Shown: positions 28,544-38,576 of the stretch, in pieces
Numbering within the stretch: position 1 is the first letter of the stretch
Layout: each line of letters opens with the position of its first letter
Origin: Gemmatimonadota bacterium
Lineage (GTDB): Bacteria > Gemmatimonadota > Gemmatimonadetes > Gemmatimonadales > GWC2-71-9
Assembly (NCBI GenBank): GCA_039586365.1
Contig: JBDHKN010000002.1
Coordinates: 32,001-96,000, forward strand
DNA: 64,000 nucleotides
Direction: 5' to 3'
Translations under genes and position numbers: made by a program
The notes under the pieces: model-generated
Told to the model about the DNA's origin: nothing
Seen by the model: the letters and a program-made list of their open reading frames with translations, nothing else
Databases searched by the model: none

Positions 28544-28879
28544 TCACCTTGAGAGGCTCCCTCGCCGCGGCCTCCAGCGATGTCTGGTGAGATCGATTCG
28601 ATCCTCCTCGTCAAAGTGCACGCCTTCAGCCTCGAGCAACGCTCGCTGCACAGCTCCGTGACCCACTTCTGAGCGCCTACTCACCTGCCCTTTGGCGTTG
28701 ACCACCCTATGCCACGGCACATCGTTCTGGTCCGGTAACGCACTCAACGCATAACCCACTTGCCGGGCATGCCCGGGGAGCAACACCAGGTCAGCCACCT
28801 GACCATAGGTCGCCACGCGCCCTGCTGGAATGCGCCTTATGACCGCGTAGATACGCTGATAAACGCCGTGAGTTGCCAC
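28544..28879 (-). CDS. Alkyltransferase-like protein (ATL/YbaZ family)
   Basis: IP.GRVATYGQVA, ARQVG, PWHRV (Trp in place of the MGMT catalytic Cys). Confidence 0.9.
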   Translation of the reverse strand: MATHGVYQRIYAVIRRIPAGRVATYGQVADLVLLPGHARQVGYALSALPDQNDVPWHRVVNAKGQVSRRSEVGHGAVQRALLEAEGVHFDEEDRIDLTRHRWRPRRGSLSR

Positions 28880-28882
28880 GGC

Positions 28883-29089
28883 CTACTCCAGTTCGATATC
28901 TCCTTCGATGACCTTCTTGAGCGGCAGCCCGTCGATTTCGAGCGTAGCGCGAGCCCGGAGAGTCTCGCCACCTTTGAGACCACCGCCTCGGACCGCCTCG
29001 TCTACCGCCTTTTCGATCTCGCGCTGCCCCGTGATACCAAAGGTCTTCAGAAACTGCCGCATCGTGAGGTTGAACTTCTCTTCGTTCAT
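28883..29089 (-). CDS. Small conserved protein (DUF6494-like)
   Basis: MNEEKFNLTMRQFLK.FGITGQREIEKAV pattern; GGAGG RBS. Confidence 0.75.
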   Translation of the reverse strand: MNEEKFNLTMRQFLKTFGITGQREIEKAVDEAVRGGGLKGGETLRARATLEIDGLPLKKVIEGDIELE

Positions 29090-29728
29090 GGGGCCTCCAA
29101 GACTTGAGAGAAGACAGGCGATAGCATCACAGGAATATGACCGCAGGGCAAGGAGGTTGCCAAACGCCTTGGGGTAGGTCGTCGGACAAGCGTGTACACC
29201 CTGCTAGAGTGCAGAACCAACTGCCGCCGGCCCCATCAGAGAACCATGCGGTCGCTGTTATGTCATGCTATGAACGCAGTTGTTGTCGAACCACCAGACT
29301 CCGCGCAACAGCCGGTACGTATGGATCTTGCATTAGTCACGGTTACCACCTAACTCCGTCTGCAGCGTCTGTTCTCGAGTGCGTTGAAGAGACATTTCCC
29401 TAACCGGAGACGGCGAACCCGGTCCGCTCTTGTCTTGCACCACATTGGCCGTCGCCGAACCCCTCTTGGCAAGTTGCTGAGCTGCTGGCTGTTCGCTGCC
29501 CGCTGAACACTACTGTCCTCTCGTAACTGACAGACTGCGCACTTCACATTAGCATATAATGCATATATATATAATCAATAGTGTCGCCACCCATGCGTTC
29601 CGGTGCCCTGGACCAGGCGCGACGTGAAGTCTGGGATTCTCCCTGGGAGGCGCCCGAAAAGCTCCCGGCGGTGGCACTGCCGCTCGGCGTGCGGCGTGAG
29701 TGGTCGAGGCCTTTCCTCGACGAACTCT

Positions 29729-29747
29729 TACATATATGGTATATGTA
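29729..29747. promoter_or_regulatory. Palindromic operator upstream of padR
   Basis: TACATATA-tgg-TATATGTA, perfect 8-bp arms in an AT-rich patch. Confidence 0.6.
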
Positions 29748-29782
29748 TACATTACAACATCAACGGAATGACCGGACTCTAT

Positions 29783-30178
29783 ATGGCAGACAAGACTACT
29801 CAAGCATCCGACCGTGACGTAGAGGCAATGCTACCGTTGACACCGCTATCATTTCAGATCCTGCTGGCTCTAGTTGACAGCGAGCGCCACGGATACGGCA
29901 TCATGAAGGAGATCGAGCGGCGGACCAAGGGGGGAATGACGACAGCTACCGGCCCCCTTTACCTGGCGGCTCAACGTCTACTGGAAGCCGGACTGATAGC
30001 CGAATCCGACAAGCGACCAGCTCCGGAGTTGGACGACCAGCGGCGCAGGTACTACAGGCTGACGCCGTTCGGTAAGCGGGTTGCTGCTGCGGAGGTGAAG
30101 CGGATGGCTCATCTGGTAGATGTCGCCTTCGACAAAGACCTGGTTTCAGGCAAGATCAAGATTTCCGGGGGCGGCTAA
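29783..30178 (+). CDS. PadR-family transcriptional regulator
   Basis: FQILLAL..ERHGYGIMKEIE..LY..RRRYYRLT..G; start 29768 or 29783. Confidence 0.9.
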   Translation: MADKTTQASDRDVEAMLPLTPLSFQILLALVDSERHGYGIMKEIERRTKGGMTTATGPLYLAAQRLLEAGLIAESDKRPAPELDDQRRRYYRLTPFGKRVAAAEVKRMAHLVDVAFDKDLVSGKIKISGGG

Positions 30179-30181
30179 GGA

Positions 30182-32812
30182 CTAGCTGCCCCTCGCCAAT
30201 ACCTGCTGAAACCTCGGGTGCTGTCGAATCCCCTTCCAAGCGGGGTGGACACTGAACCACTTCGTAGAGTAGCGGGACGGAACGCTCACCAGTATTTCTA
30301 CCTGATCGAGGGCCGTTTCGTACTCGCCTATCGCCGCGTAGATATGAGCGAGGCCGAACACATTGTCCGGTCCCTCCCACGCGTCGTTCGCTACTGAACG
30401 CAGCTCCACCCCCTTCAACCCCTCCCGCACCGCGGCGCTGTCACGTTTAAGCCCGGCATACGCTACGCCGAGGAGAGTGTGACAAATGGCGCAATCCGGC
30501 TCGGTCTCGATCCTCTGCTCGGTCGCGACCCGCAGGGAATCATAGTATGCCCTCGCCAGCCCCGACCGGCCCAACATCGAGTTCGCGTCGGCCAGTGCCA
30601 ACAAATACCTCTCGTAACGGCCTCCAATTGCCGCTGGAGGCAGATCCAACAGAGCCTGCCTGAGCTCACCGTTTACAAGCTTGAATCCCGCTAGGACTGG
30701 TTCCAAAGCCACGAGCTGCTCAACTACGTCCGTCAGTTCGCCGAGCCTTGCCCCTTCGTGCAACCAACCAACCGCCTCATCGATGTCTCCGAATTGGTTG
30801 AGCATCAGACAAGCCTTGAGGACATACGCGTCGGCCAGGTCGGGAGCCAATTGGATCGCTGCATCGAAGTAGCGGTCGGCCTTGCTGTAACTCCGCATCC
30901 TTAGATGCGTCTCGCCCAGGGCTATGAGCGCAGGTCGGTTGCGGGGATCCAACTCCAATATGTTCTCAAGGTTGGCTATCGCTTCATCCCACTGACCAAG
31001 TCGCCGCTGCAGGTGCGCCACCAGGTAGAGAGCGTCGAAATCATTCGGTCTGACCCGCCGAGCATCCGCTGCCAGCTCGAGCGCCCGGTCAAACTTGCCC
31101 AGCGCGTAGAGGTAGTTGGCCTGGGCGAGTACAGCCTCCGGTAGGTCGGGTGCGAGGGCAAGGGCTTTTTCCGCCGCGATACCTGCCCTCTCTACCCCGT
31201 CAAGACTTGCACCTCCGGTCATGCTTATGGCCACGAGAGCGTTCGCCAACCCCGCATATGCCAGAGCGAAGTTGCTATCCTGCTCAACTGCACGCTGATA
31301 CATCGTGGCGGCTCGGCGATTGTCATCGAGCATCGCGCTGCGATGGTAGAAGTGACTACCGCTAGCGTAGTAGCTCCACGCTTCCGGGTCGGCAGTCGGC
31401 TTGAACTCCAACGCCTTGCGTTCAGGGGCCAGAATCACGACGTCGAGCGCCCGACCGACCCGTTCGGCAATGTCCGATTGCAGCTGAAAAATCTCTCCCA
31501 ACGGAGCTTCATATGAGTCTGCCCAGAGGATTGACGCATCCGATACACGAACGAGTTCCGGACTCACTCGCACGAAAGTTCTACCGCCGTTCAACTCAGC
31601 TCGCTGTACCGAACCTCGCAGGAGATACTGCACTCCGAGATCACGTCCAATGGTGTTGATCGCCTGACCTCCGACGGATTCTTCGTCGGAGTGACGGTAG
31701 GCGACTACGGTTAGGCCGGACAGACCAGCCAATCTGTTCCGTATCGCTTCGGCTGTACCCTCGGCGAAGAACTCGTCGCCAGCCGAGCCCCGATCTTCGA
31801 ACGGCAATACTGCAAGCCGCGGGTGCCCGTCGCCCGCGACTGGCTCTCCGTCCCGCAACCACATACCCAGACTCCCGACGATGAGGAGTACAGCCATCGC
31901 CGCACCCACCACGATTCCCGTCGTGAACTTCGGTTGCAGCCGCACGATCGTATCTGGACGAGCATCTGTCCCGGCGGGAATCCGGGAATCGAGTGCCTGA
32001 CTGAACTGCTCGACCGAGGCATACCGATCATCTGCGTACAGCGCCAAAGCCCGGGTAAGCACGGTTGTAACGTGAGTCGGTGCCACGCCCTCCAACGCCC
32101 TAACGAACGGTGGCGGTCCGGTAAGTCGCTCCGACAGGCTCTGCCGCTCGTCAAACCACATACCCGGTGGCTGGCCTACCAACATCTCGTAGAGTACGCA
32201 CGCCAGGCCATAGAGATCCGTCCGCCCATCCAGATCTCTGCTCCCCATCGCCTGCTCGGGACTCATGTAGCCGACAGTTCCGATCGGCAAGTCGGAGTGA
32301 CTCACAACATCACCGCCTGCAGCACTGATCGCCCGTGCGATGCCGAAATCAGTTACTACGACCTCGCCCCCCACTAGCAAGATATTCTCCGGCTTGATGT
32401 CGCGGTGCATCACATTGTGGTCATGGGCGTAGGTGAGGGCCGCCGCCACACCCCGAGTAATGCGAAGTGCTTCCTCAAGTGAAAGCTGCCGCTGACCGTT
32501 GAGACGCTCGCGCAGCGATTCACCTTCCACGTACGGCATTACATAGTAGAGCATGCCGTCAGCCTGACCGGAATCGTGCAGCGGAACGATACGGGGATGG
32601 CTCAGCTGGGAGGCGATCTGGATCTCACGCAGGAAGCGCTCTGCCCCAAGAGAGGAAGCCACCTCCGGTCGTAGCACTTTGATCGCCACCCTGCGATGGT
32701 GTTTGAGATCTTGGGCAAGGTAGACTGTGGCCATGCCGCCACTGCCAAGCTCGCGCTCGATAGCGTAGCGGTCGGCTAGTGCAGATGTCAGGTGCCTGCG
32801 CAGGTCAACCAA
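30182..32812 (-). CDS. Hanks-type Ser/Thr protein kinase with TM, TolB-like and TPR domains
   Basis: AAGGAG RBS then TTG 32812; LGSGGMATVY, VAIK, HRDIKPENIL, DFG, GTVGYMSPEQ; LAVLPF domain; TPR repeats. Confidence 0.93.
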   Translation of the reverse strand: MVDLRRHLTSALADRYAIERELGSGGMATVYLAQDLKHHRRVAIKVLRPEVASSLGAERFLREIQIASQLSHPRIVPLHDSGQADGMLYYVMPYVEGESLRERLNGQRQLSLEEALRITRGVAAALTYAHDHNVMHRDIKPENILLVGGEVVVTDFGIARAISAAGGDVVSHSDLPIGTVGYMSPEQAMGSRDLDGRTDLYGLACVLYEMLVGQPPGMWFDERQSLSERLTGPPPFVRALEGVAPTHVTTVLTRALALYADDRYASVEQFSQALDSRIPAGTDARPDTIVRLQPKFTTGIVVGAAMAVLLIVGSLGMWLRDGEPVAGDGHPRLAVLPFEDRGSAGDEFFAEGTAEAIRNRLAGLSGLTVVAYRHSDEESVGGQAINTIGRDLGVQYLLRGSVQRAELNGGRTFVRVSPELVRVSDASILWADSYEAPLGEIFQLQSDIAERVGRALDVVILAPERKALEFKPTADPEAWSYYASGSHFYHRSAMLDDNRRAATMYQRAVEQDSNFALAYAGLANALVAISMTGGASLDGVERAGIAAEKALALAPDLPEAVLAQANYLYALGKFDRALELAADARRVRPNDFDALYLVAHLQRRLGQWDEAIANLENILELDPRNRPALIALGETHLRMRSYSKADRYFDAAIQLAPDLADAYVLKACLMLNQFGDIDEAVGWLHEGARLGELTDVVEQLVALEPVLAGFKLVNGELRQALLDLPPAAIGGRYERYLLALADANSMLGRSGLARAYYDSLRVATEQRIETEPDCAICHTLLGVAYAGLKRDSAAVREGLKGVELRSVANDAWEGPDNVFGLAHIYAAIGEYETALDQVEILVSVPSRYSTKWFSVHPAWKGIRQHPRFQQVLARGS

Positions 32813-33554
32813 CGGCTGACTCCTTGGCGCCAGCTTCGAAGCCGCACCGGACGGTGTGTCCTGTTCCACTGAATGCCGCGACCGATGAAGACTGCCAGCG
32901 TAATCGATACCCGCTAACCTCGCAAACGTGCCATCGGCCAAGCCTAGGACCCGGCATTCGGCTGCTGCTCCACCACCCCCAAGTTGCCGCTGGGCCACAC
33001 TGTTGCTGGCATTGACTGTCGTGTGCTGCAATCGCTGGGCATGCGCCTACTTCCCCGATTCCGTTGCGGATAGGGCGCCCCCCGGCCTAGGCTGACAACA
33101 CTACGAGGCGCTCAGGAGACGGGTTTCAGGTGGAGACGGGACTGCTCAGTGTCCACGGAGTGGGCGGTCGACTTTCCCACTGCTCCAGACTGCCAGTATG
33201 GGCTGAGGCACCCGGCCTCACCGATGCCCGAGTCAGAATCGTTTTTGCACTATCGCACCAATCGCCAGGATTGTCGGTGCCCGTGCGCCGCGATTGGGTG
33301 TGGGTCTCTGCTATTCCCACTCGCCACACAATCCCGGTGGCAGCCACCAATCACCCAGCTGAGGTCGCCCGCCACGCGGTCAAACTGGGCGAATACCGCC
33401 CGATGTCCCAAGGCTCTGGCGTAGTCGGGCCCCTCGCCCCCCGTTCGCACCTCAGTGCCCCAATCTGGTGCCGCCTCGTAGTCCCTGAAGGCTCCGCACT
33501 CTCCGTCGCCCCCCCGAGGGGTCCCAACGTTCCTGGGACGTGCCGTATCCAAAC

Positions 33555-33633
33555 ACCTAGAACATCTGGGTAGCCGCCTGGGCGAAACAGCCTCCTGGCT
33601 GCGCGCGTAATGATACCTAGAATTTCTATGTAT
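33555..33633. promoter_or_regulatory. Two tandem candidate PadR operators
   Basis: ACCTAGA-aca-TCTGGGT (33555-33571) and ACCTAGA-att-TCTATGT (33615-33631), 60 bp apart, upstream of padR. Confidence 0.65.
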
Positions 33634-33683
33634 GATCCGGTCATCGGCCGGCCCAGTACGCTCCAAAGACACCAGAGGCCAGC

Positions 33684-34022
33684 ATGCCGAAAGGCACACC
33701 CGAACTGCTCAAAGGGACCCTGGATCTGCTGATCCTCAAAACGCTGGATTCCGGCCCCCTACACGGATACGGCATAGCCCGCTCGATCGAGACGAAGACG
33801 GAGCAAACGCTCCAGATCGAGGAGGGATCGCTCTATCCCTCTCTCTATCGGATGACCAACCGCGGCTGGATCGAGTTCGAGTGGGGCCTGTCGGACAACA
33901 GCCGTAAGATCAAGTCCTACCGTCTCACCGCCAAAGGCCGCAAACGGCTGAAGTTGGAGCAGGCAAACTGGGACAGGTTCGCATTCGCAGTTGCCCGGGT
34001 GCTCGGTGAGCAGACGGCATAG
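33684..34022 (+). CDS. PadR-family regulator (acidobacterial, ADOP-associated type)
   Basis: LLKGTLDLLILKTL..GPLHGYGIA..IEEGSLYP.LYR..WG.S.N.R. Confidence 0.93.
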   Translation: MPKGTPELLKGTLDLLILKTLDSGPLHGYGIARSIETKTEQTLQIEEGSLYPSLYRMTNRGWIEFEWGLSDNSRKIKSYRLTAKGRKRLKLEQANWDRFAFAVARVLGEQTA

Positions 34023-34034
34023 AGAGAAGAGATC

Positions 34035-36716
34035 ATGGGCTGGCCAACCGATAGCTGGATGCGCCTACGGTCACTGCTCTCGCGCGGGCAGCGCGAGAAG
34101 CAGATCGATGAAGAACTCGCGCTTCACTTCGAGATGCTGGTGCGGGACCTCGAGGCTCGCGGATTGAGCCCGGCGGCTGCACGCAGGGCAGCTCGAGCGC
34201 GGTTTGGCGATGCGCAGGAGATTAGGAGGGAGATCTTTGGAATGGAAACCAAGCGAGTCAAACAGGAACAGCGGGCCACCTATTTCGACGAAGTGCGGCA
34301 GGATCTCCAGTACGGCGCGCGCCAGCTGCTCAAGAAACCCACGTTCGCTGCCATAGTGATCGGCACGCTAGCCGTGGGGATCGGTGCCAACACCGCCATC
34401 TTCAGCGTCTTGAAGGGCGTGTTCCTCGACCCACTCCCGTATCATGAGCCAGACCGGCTCACTTTCATCTGGCACGGCGAAACCGACGGCACCTGCTGTG
34501 GCCCGCTCTCCGGGCCAGATTTCCTCGACTTCAGAGCCACCACAGAGACCTTCGACGACATGGCGGTGCTCTCCACCCGAGGCACCAACCTGACGGGTGA
34601 CGGTGATCCCGCCATGGTTCTCGGAGCCAAGATCACGCCGAGCATGTTCAGCCTGCTCGGTGTGCAACCCACACGCGGCCGGTCGTTCACGGCCGAGGAC
34701 GAGCTGGGCGACGGCCGAGTGGTGATCCTGAGCGACGGTCTGTGGCGGAACAGGCTTGGGGCCGATCCGGAGATCGTCGGCACCACGATCGAAGTGAACG
34801 GCGAGCCTCATACGGTGGTGGGAGTGCTGCCGCCGGGGTTCAACGTCCCAACACCCTGGTACATAAACCAGATGCATGACGTCTATTTCCCATTCCTCCG
34901 AGAAGAAATCGACCAGGGACGAGATGGCCATTGGCTGCTCAGCATCGGACGGCTCAAGCCAAATGTCTCGGTCGAGACCGGAGACGCCGAGCTTAAATCG
35001 ATAGCTAAGACGCTGGAGGAGCAGTATCCGGAAACGAACCTCGAGAAGACCGCCTACGTACACTCGATGCACGAACGGTTGGTGGGGCGCGTCGGCACCC
35101 AGCTCATCATGCTGCTCTGCGCCGCTGGGTTCATGCTGCTCATCGTTTGCGGCAACGTGGCGAGCCTGCTACTGGCCCGGGCCACCGGACGCCAGACAGA
35201 GATGGCCATACGCGCCGCGGTGGGCGCCGGCCGGACCCGCATCATCAAGCAACTCCTGACCGAGAGCCTGCTACTCTCCTTGCTGGGTGGTGCCGCCGGA
35301 GTGGCGCTCGCCGTGTGGGCGATGACGTTCCTGCGTACGGTGATCCCCACCGACATCCCGCGCGTCGCCAGCATCGGAATCGACGGCACAGTACTCGGCT
35401 ATGCGTTGGTCATCTCGATCCTGACCGGAATCGTATTCGGCCTGGCGCCGGCCCTGTCCGCATCGCGTGCCGACCTCACCGAATCGCTGAAGGAAGGCAG
35501 AGGCAGCCAGCGAGGTGGCTCGCGCCGCAGCTTCCTGCGCGGCGCGCTGGTGTCCGGGCAGTTCGCCTTGGCCCTGGTACTCGCCAACGGCGCCGCGCTC
35601 ATGGTTCAGAGCTACCTCGATTTCCGCGGGCAGGAGCAAGGCTTCGATCCCGAGAACGTGCTGACGGTGAACGTGTCGCTGCAGGGCGAGCGATACGAAG
35701 ACGTCTGGACGCGCGACAACTTCTTGAGACAGACCATCGACCGGATAGCAACCATTCCGGGAGTTCTGCAATTGGGAGCTACCAGCAAGCTGCCCTTGAA
35801 CGGTGGCACTAATGGCTCGGTGTGGACCGAGGACAACCCCGAGCGCCCGCTGTCGGGGTCGTTCGGACCTCTCATCGAGTTCTCTCGCGTGTCCGGGGAT
35901 TACTTCGACGCCATGGGGATCAGACTCCTGGCTGGCCGACTGCCGATCGCCGACGACTCGGTGTCCGCCAACCCCGGTACCATCATCAACCAGGAAATGG
36001 CCAACCGGCTCTGGCCGGACCAGAACGCCGTCGGCAAGCGGTACAGCTTCCGAACCGAACCGCCCAACTGGATGACTGTTGTCGGCGTCGTGGAGGACGT
36101 ACGGCAGTGGGGTCCCTATCGCAGCGCGCGAGCTGAACACTACCTGCCGTACACCGCGCCGGGTTGGGCGTCGGGTTATCGGATGTACCTGATGGTCAAG
36201 ACCGACGTGGACCCCCTATCAATCGTGGGACAGGTGCGCCAGTCCGTACTGGCGGTCGACCCCGATCAGCCGATCTCCGAGATACAGACCATGGCAGGGG
36301 TGCTGAGCGACCAGTTCGCGGGCCAACGGTTCAACACACTGCTGGTCGGGATCTTCGCTGCAATCGCTCTGATGCTCGTCGCGGCAGGCATCTACGGGGT
36401 AGTATCGTTCTTCGTGGTGCAGACGAGTCACGAGATCGGGATTCGCATGGCACTCGGCGCCGGCCGTGGTCGCGTGCTGGGCTTGACCCTCGCCCGCGGC
36501 CTCAAACTCGCCGGGATCGGAGCCGTGATCGGCGTAGGTGGTGTCTTCGCATCGACCGGGGTGATCCGCAGCATGCTGTATGGCGCGAGCCCGGTCGACA
36601 TTGTGACCTTGATTGCGGGGGTGTTCACGCTCATCGGAGTGGGCGTGCTGGCATCGCTCGTTCCCGCACAGCGGGCGGCCCGGGTCAGTCCGGTGACTGC
36701 GCTGAGGACAGAGTAG
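34035..36716 (+). CDS. ADOP duplicated MacB/FtsX-type ABC permease
   Basis: EELALH..ARARFG prefix; LAVGIGANTAIFS; C.NVASLLLAR; EIGIRMALGA; PA.RAARV.P..ALR.E. Confidence 0.95.
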   Translation: MGWPTDSWMRLRSLLSRGQREKQIDEELALHFEMLVRDLEARGLSPAAARRAARARFGDAQEIRREIFGMETKRVKQEQRATYFDEVRQDLQYGARQLLKKPTFAAIVIGTLAVGIGANTAIFSVLKGVFLDPLPYHEPDRLTFIWHGETDGTCCGPLSGPDFLDFRATTETFDDMAVLSTRGTNLTGDGDPAMVLGAKITPSMFSLLGVQPTRGRSFTAEDELGDGRVVILSDGLWRNRLGADPEIVGTTIEVNGEPHTVVGVLPPGFNVPTPWYINQMHDVYFPFLREEIDQGRDGHWLLSIGRLKPNVSVETGDAELKSIAKTLEEQYPETNLEKTAYVHSMHERLVGRVGTQLIMLLCAAGFMLLIVCGNVASLLLARATGRQTEMAIRAAVGAGRTRIIKQLLTESLLLSLLGGAAGVALAVWAMTFLRTVIPTDIPRVASIGIDGTVLGYALVISILTGIVFGLAPALSASRADLTESLKEGRGSQRGGSRRSFLRGALVSGQFALALVLANGAALMVQSYLDFRGQEQGFDPENVLTVNVSLQGERYEDVWTRDNFLRQTIDRIATIPGVLQLGATSKLPLNGGTNGSVWTEDNPERPLSGSFGPLIEFSRVSGDYFDAMGIRLLAGRLPIADDSVSANPGTIINQEMANRLWPDQNAVGKRYSFRTEPPNWMTVVGVVEDVRQWGPYRSARAEHYLPYTAPGWASGYRMYLMVKTDVDPLSIVGQVRQSVLAVDPDQPISEIQTMAGVLSDQFAGQRFNTLLVGIFAAIALMLVAAGIYGVVSFFVVQTSHEIGIRMALGAGRGRVLGLTLARGLKLAGIGAVIGVGGVFASTGVIRSMLYGASPVDIVTLIAGVFTLIGVGVLASLVPAQRAARVSPVTALRTE

Positions 36717-36792
36717 GGCGGCCGGGGGTCAGCGGTCAGCTGTCTCTCCAGGCCCCCGCAAGTCGATCGTTCGATCCCTCGTTCATGCCGTA

Positions 36793-36836
36793 GGAGGCGT
36801 TGGCGATCCGACTCCGTCGGATGAGCCTTCGCCTCC
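36793..36836. terminator. Long imperfect hairpin between convergent genes
   Basis: GGAGGCG..GGC.ATCCGAC-tcc-GTCGGAT..GCC..CGCCTCC. Confidence 0.55.
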
Positions 36837-36842
36837 GAGCCT

Positions 36843-37364
36843 TCACATGCTCCCTTGGCTCGACGGCGGTACCATGCCCTTCAACCGCATGTAGGTCACG
36901 ACGTTGCCGTAGTGCTCCATGTCATGGGCCACGTCGAACATCAGCACCCAGAGCCGGCTTCCCGTTTGCCCGAAGAAAGTTACATCCTCCAGAGCCTTCG
37001 TCTCAGACATCTGGAACGCCGAGTCGCAGTATTCGAACGAGGCTTTGACGCCGGCCACCAGGTCGGCCTTGGACGTGGTCTTTTCGTAGTCAGTCCCGTT
37101 TGGGTTGTCCTCGCCCGTGGCTCCGGCACAGAAGAGGTAGTTGGCGTTGGCCACGTGCCCCATCAGCTCACCGAAACTGCGGACCTCGGGTGTCGGCTTG
37201 AAGCTGTAGTGCTCCTCGGGCACCTGTTCCGCCGATCGGATCAACCAGCCCTTCACGTTCTCGTACAAAGGCCGGACCGACGCCATGCCGGCATTGCTCT
37301 GGGCAACGGCGGGCACTGGGATCGCCCCTAGGGCAAGAGCGATAACGAGATGGTGAGTTTTCAT
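36843..37364 (-). CDS. Secreted DinB-family protein
   Basis: Signal peptide; FKPTPEVRSFGELMGHVA; H..EHYGN.VTYMRLKG. Confidence 0.9.
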   Translation of the reverse strand: MKTHHLVIALALGAIPVPAVAQSNAGMASVRPLYENVKGWLIRSAEQVPEEHYSFKPTPEVRSFGELMGHVANANYLFCAGATGEDNPNGTDYEKTTSKADLVAGVKASFEYCDSAFQMSETKALEDVTFFGQTGSRLWVLMFDVAHDMEHYGNVVTYMRLKGMVPPSSQGSM

Positions 37365-37630
37365 TCGACTCCTCCTCGGTGATTGAACGGAACAGAGCCA
37401 TTTGGGCAACTCTGGCAACGTGACCGCCAGATGCCTATCACACGCCGCAAAGTACGGACACGAGTCTGATAGAAGTTTCAGTCATCCGACGGTTCCCGGC
37501 GTCGCAGCGGGTGCATTGATCGGGAAGTGCCGTGTTGCGACAGTCCAGTGACTTGTTCACCGGAGTTCGGTGACTCCTTTGGTTCTTGGTTAGGAAATTA
37601 TAGGGGAGGTGACCGTTTCGGCCAGGATGG

Positions 37631-38536
37631 TTAACGGGGTTGACGGTCAGTTTCCTCTAACTCCTCAATCGACTGCGGCCAATCATCCCGCAATAACCGC
37701 GACAGCGCTCGATCCCGGAGCAGTCTCCCCTCGGTCTGGCAGACTGGGCAGTAGTTGGTCTCATTGCTCGCGTACACAATGCGTTGCACCGTCGCGCCAC
37801 ATTCAGGGCAAGGCTCTCCGAACTTGCCGTGCACTGCCATCTCGGGCCGAAACACGGTGATCTTGTCGGGAAATCGTGTCCCCGTATCCTGCTTCAACCG
37901 TTCCACCCAAGTGCCCAACGTGGCACGGCTAGCGTCGAAGAGCCGCGCAACCTCACCGTCGTTCAGGCTCTGTGTGCGCTTGAACGGGGACAGTCGAGCA
38001 GCATGCAGGATCTCATCGGAGTAGGCATTGCCTATGCCACTGAACAACCTCGGATCACACAACGCCCGCTTGACCGAGTGATTGCCGGCGCCGAGACGCG
38101 TGGCGAATTCCTCGATGCTGATCTGAAGTACTTCGAGGCCACCACGATCGTGTTCGCTGAGTGCGTCTTCACCTCGCACAACGTGGAGCGACGCGCGTCT
38201 CTTCTTGCCTGCTTCAGTCAGCAACATGGCACCGCTAGTGAACTCAAATAGGGCAAGGCCCGCCTTGGGGGGCACCTTGGCCCCAGCATCCTTCCACCTG
38301 AGCCTGCCGGCGATCATGAGGTGGAGCACCAGGTAGAGCTCATCTTCGACCTCGAACACGATCCGCTTGCCCAGCCGTCGCAGCCCCACGACTGGGCGAC
38401 CGAAGACTACGTCTAGTTTGGGTTCGACCGATCGTAGTACAAACGGATTGCGCAATACCACACGCTCAAGTATGTGTCCGACGGTCCGGCGATGCAGCGC
38501 GTCGAGGTATAGCTCGATGTCAGGAAGTTCGGGCAT
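37631..38536 (-). CDS. Fpg/Nei-family DNA glycosylase
   Basis: N-terminal MPELPD, GK, HLMIAG, H2TH GIGNAYSDEIL, zinc finger CPEC..CPVCQ. Confidence 0.92.
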   Translation of the reverse strand: MPELPDIELYLDALHRRTVGHILERVVLRNPFVLRSVEPKLDVVFGRPVVGLRRLGKRIVFEVEDELYLVLHLMIAGRLRWKDAGAKVPPKAGLALFEFTSGAMLLTEAGKKRRASLHVVRGEDALSEHDRGGLEVLQISIEEFATRLGAGNHSVKRALCDPRLFSGIGNAYSDEILHAARLSPFKRTQSLNDGEVARLFDASRATLGTWVERLKQDTGTRFPDKITVFRPEMAVHGKFGEPCPECGATVQRIVYASNETNYCPVCQTEGRLLRDRALSRLLRDDWPQSIEELEETDRQPR

Positions 38537-38576
38537 AGGAGCGAAGAAAGGGGGAAAAGTATGGCCGCCCAGCCTG

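Noticed and set aside
28544..28879. O6-methylguanine methyltransferase (ogt/ada)
   Set aside because: Active site is PWHRV, not PCHRV, so it is an alkyltransferase-like protein.
32813..33550. Long intergenic stretch as possible ncRNA or gene remnant (also 29090-29540 and 49833-50190)
   Set aside because: No recognisable RNA motif or protein similarity by eye; needs an Rfam/BLASTX search.
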